This document shows, piece by piece, positions 62,601-64,000 of a stretch of DNA of 64,000 bases (position 1 is the first letter of the stretch; each line of letters starts with the position of its first letter). Under the pieces are notes generated by a model that was not told the DNA's origin, searched no databases, and was given only the letters and a program-made list of their open reading frames with translations. Made by a program: the position numbers and the translations under genes. Source of the DNA: Candidatus Borrarchaeum weybense (lineage in GTDB: Archaea > Asgardarchaeota > Sifarchaeia > Borrarchaeales > Borrarchaeaceae); NCBI GenBank assembly GCA_019057385.1, contig JAHQJS010000007.1, positions 320,001 to 384,000 on the forward strand, read 5' to 3'.

Positions 62601-63089
62601 GTCAACGAACAAATGAAGGACGAAATAGATAGTTGCTATTTCCATTTGATGAAGTCGCTTGAAAATATTCGTGGTATGCTGGGCATACTAAGATGGGTTC
62701 CATTTCTCTCTCCGACATCTTTGTTTACGCCACACAATTTCTTCAAACTGCATATTTTGTTTAAAGTAACAAGTCTATTTCGTGATATTCGAAAAAGAAA
62801 AGAACTAAAATATATCCGTTCAAAGTGGATTGCTGAAAATAGCAGAAGAACTGCAACAGATTTAATTCAACCAGAAGTTGTCGTGTCGGTAAAAAGCAAA
62901 AACTATTCCAAGGCTCTCGCACAAATGGAGCAAGCCATATCGTTATTAGAGTATGCACAAAAGATATATACACAAATTAAAATGTCAAAAGAAGCCGACG
63001 CTGTTTCATCTGTTCTTTCCACATTCACAGACAAACGGGATGAATTAGTTAAAATGAGTGAAGGATTAGGCAATATAGTTAATTCTTAG
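59658..63089 (+). CDS. Large membrane protein: extracellular beta-rich region, Gly-rich linker, TM helix, cytoplasmic longin-like and helical-repeat domains
   Basis: N-terminal TM; many N-x-S/T sequons; poly-Gly linker at ~61530-61610; TM 'WFILAIVFVSIILTVYI'; 'LYIFDRNNMAIY...ITGITGLLKEL...FLRKLRHKFEEYY'. Confidence 0.75.
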   Translation: MVFYLVNSPKKKKRLIFHYRHVRRHSFVFASFVVLFILFMGSFFITPQYPNMTEEPNSTYNIKYPSINDGTQYVTSGVSALDNGDSPIDPSGTGTALSGVNEYLANDTTFNAVLVNNTGNTDYTGNESIYVSPFEQGVGRKDLIYFNFTTDRIANATEDTENIENDYAGNSIGTGTYAQEFVVSTSSDYYYLTEVQLRAIGGTSAVQDGSCYIQIRNSTTGGAPSDDPDEIFYQSDPLTVPFGLNENIPFDLSDENIILRSDRSYFIVIVVGSNTEFYSIDDVTDLEGDYGASYVYSGGWFGPGSVDFSFEHVKYQEAFYADTTTNDYNDLNMNVTVYGAGVNGPYTVNSAEGGSGGDWWIGGQVSHVFSPDISPTASGTFEFDIDVDDDVSARNLTIDFNVTIYYLWADTTSTGTPTYNVLNGTDVTWTVTYDPNDRTLDPSTPATWYDYFFVIDNIPNDWNATVVRDNNGIRHTSLCESVDGSYVNVTKTAVGNSTVGDDPWTVTCVAPNYLDEGGDITVSPAQGVYTSGDTLDIQATLSDNAFDSGLADMNLTRPDSSLLYQDTDESPSTGQIAFSPTYDIPYDIADGDYGIYVLWEGETGQNTENKVGFRYEEIYIDGLSSGNGGNGGGGGNGGGGSGGGGDGDGGGTSSKTFTVTPGANLDDLELEAGTTGTITINVTGSGFVSNCSVSLSIGNSKFEAIETNNSYVINYDLIDLESGNYTAKLTVEKTGFSTYTKLFDILVSPMTTITAMRVYAVRTTVFVQENWLLSTTWFILAIVFVSIILTVYIRPLNSDYLFDLYIFDRNNMAIYKQNFTPIETLLDPELPKESVDARKAKEELKEQAITGITGLLKELTAEETQNIDLKTLRISMDGKDAKVAVWTKQASSILKPFVNYKVDRFLRKLRHKFEEYYYVDLKLSKPGVSEYLNIPSVFLESFKLTSSPELYSLYIEYAEYLEAVKCPVLASDAYFKALGICVNEQMKDEIDSCYFHLMKSLENIRGMLGILRWVPFLSPTSLFTPHNFFKLHILFKVTSLFRDIRKRKELKYIRSKWIAENSRRTATDLIQPEVVVSVKSKNYSKALAQMEQAISLLEYAQKIYTQIKMSKEADAVSSVLSTFTDKRDELVKMSEGLGNIVNS

Positions 63090-63677
63090 TTACCACCAGT
63101 CACTTTTTGCGCGTTCCTTCCACTCAACTGCTTTTTCTACCTCAAAAAGTCTTTCTTCCAGCATCATACTACCAAGTTTAAGGAACACTTCCTCCACATT
63201 CTGATTGGTCTTGGCAGACGTTTCATAAAATGGAATGACTCTATTATATTGTTCCGAAAGTGTGTCTGCTAAAGTGTCGCCATCGCTTGCAGGCACCGCC
63301 CTCACAATATCTAGATCGCATTTGTTCCCCACGAGTATCATAGGTATAGACTGATCGATGTTGTTCATAAGGTCGTCTATCCATACCGAGATTTTCTTCA
63401 AAGACTCCATGCGAGTCACGTCATATACAAGAAGTGCGCCGTGAGCGCCGCGATAGTATGCTGACTGAAGAAACCTAAACCGTTCTTGTCCTGCAGTGTC
63501 CCAGATTTGCATCGTAATTTCTTGTCCTTCAATAGTATAAGGCTTCGTTCCAAATTCAACGCCGATAGTTGAAATGTAGGCTCTATCAAACTTGCCATAA
63601 CAGGTTCTGATTGTTATACTTGATTTCCCAACCGCACCGTCCCCAATCACTACAACCTTAAAGATATTTTTCTTCAT
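63090..63677 (-). CDS. Rab-like small GTPase
   Basis: GDGAVGKS, TIGVEF, QIWDTAGQERF, YYRGA, LVYDVT, GNKCD, ETSAK. Confidence 0.95.
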   Translation of the reverse strand: MKKNIFKVVVIGDGAVGKSSITIRTCYGKFDRAYISTIGVEFGTKPYTIEGQEITMQIWDTAGQERFRFLQSAYYRGAHGALLVYDVTRMESLKKISVWIDDLMNNIDQSIPMILVGNKCDLDIVRAVPASDGDTLADTLSEQYNRVIPFYETSAKTNQNVEEVFLKLGSMMLEERLFEVEKAVEWKERAKSDWW

Positions 63678-63833
63678 CTTTCATGTCACCCTATCTGAAC
63701 ATGTTAATGAGGCGTAACAGAATCACCAGGAGAAGCATATCTAATCTTTAATTACCATTTTGACAGAATTATGAGTACATCTACACTAGGACTAATATTT
63801 ACAGAACTCACAATAATAATTAGTTTTTAGACT

Positions 63834-64000
63834 TTACCACCAGTCATTTTTTGCTCGTTCCTTCCACTCAACTGCTTTTTCTACCTCAAAAAGCCGTTCT
63901 TCCAGCATCATACTACCAAGTTTAAGGAACACTTCCTCCACATTCTGATTGGTCTTTGCTGACGTTTCAAAAAACGGAATATCCTGCTGATAGTGTTTAG
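63834..64000 (-). CDS. 3' end of a tandem Rab-like GTPase paralog (runs off the window)
   Basis: Translates to ...IPFFETSAKTNQNVEEVFLKLGSMMLEERLFEVEKAVEWKERAKNDWW*, nearly identical to the end of 63090..63677. Confidence 0.9.
   Translation of the reverse strand, partial: KHYQQDIPFFETSAKTNQNVEEVFLKLGSMMLEERLFEVEKAVEWKERAKNDWW

Noticed and set aside
1-64000. tRNA, rRNA, integrase or phage genes
   Set aside because: None recognised by eye; a tRNAscan/Rfam run would be needed to exclude small RNAs

Overview
AT-rich archaeal chromosomal segment. TFB x2, RadA, Rab-like small GTPases, longin-like and V4R-like domains and a large receptor-like membrane protein point to an Asgard archaeon (inference). 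The centre is a divergent de novo purine cluster: purE-purC-MBL hydrolase on the minus strand, and purF-purD-[HAD hydrolase / Ftr-like formyltransferase / PfkB kinase]-purSL-purQ-purM-aminotransferase on the plus strand. There is no purN or purT. The top candidate for an undescribed system is this three-gene insert. It sits exactly at the GAR-formylation step and may be a methanopterin/methanofuran-dependent replacement for GAR transformylase. The window also has four ORF-less IS200/IS605-family elements that appear to carry only a guide-RNA (omegaRNA) scaffold: three TnpB-type and one IscB/HEARO-type. Other points of interest are a Rab-longin-V4R cluster, tandem Rab-like GTPases ending in DWW, an apparently permuted MscL, a GNAT gene with an in-frame TAG and a Lys-rich micro-ORF. 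All family assignments come from motif recognition by eye; no database searches were run.
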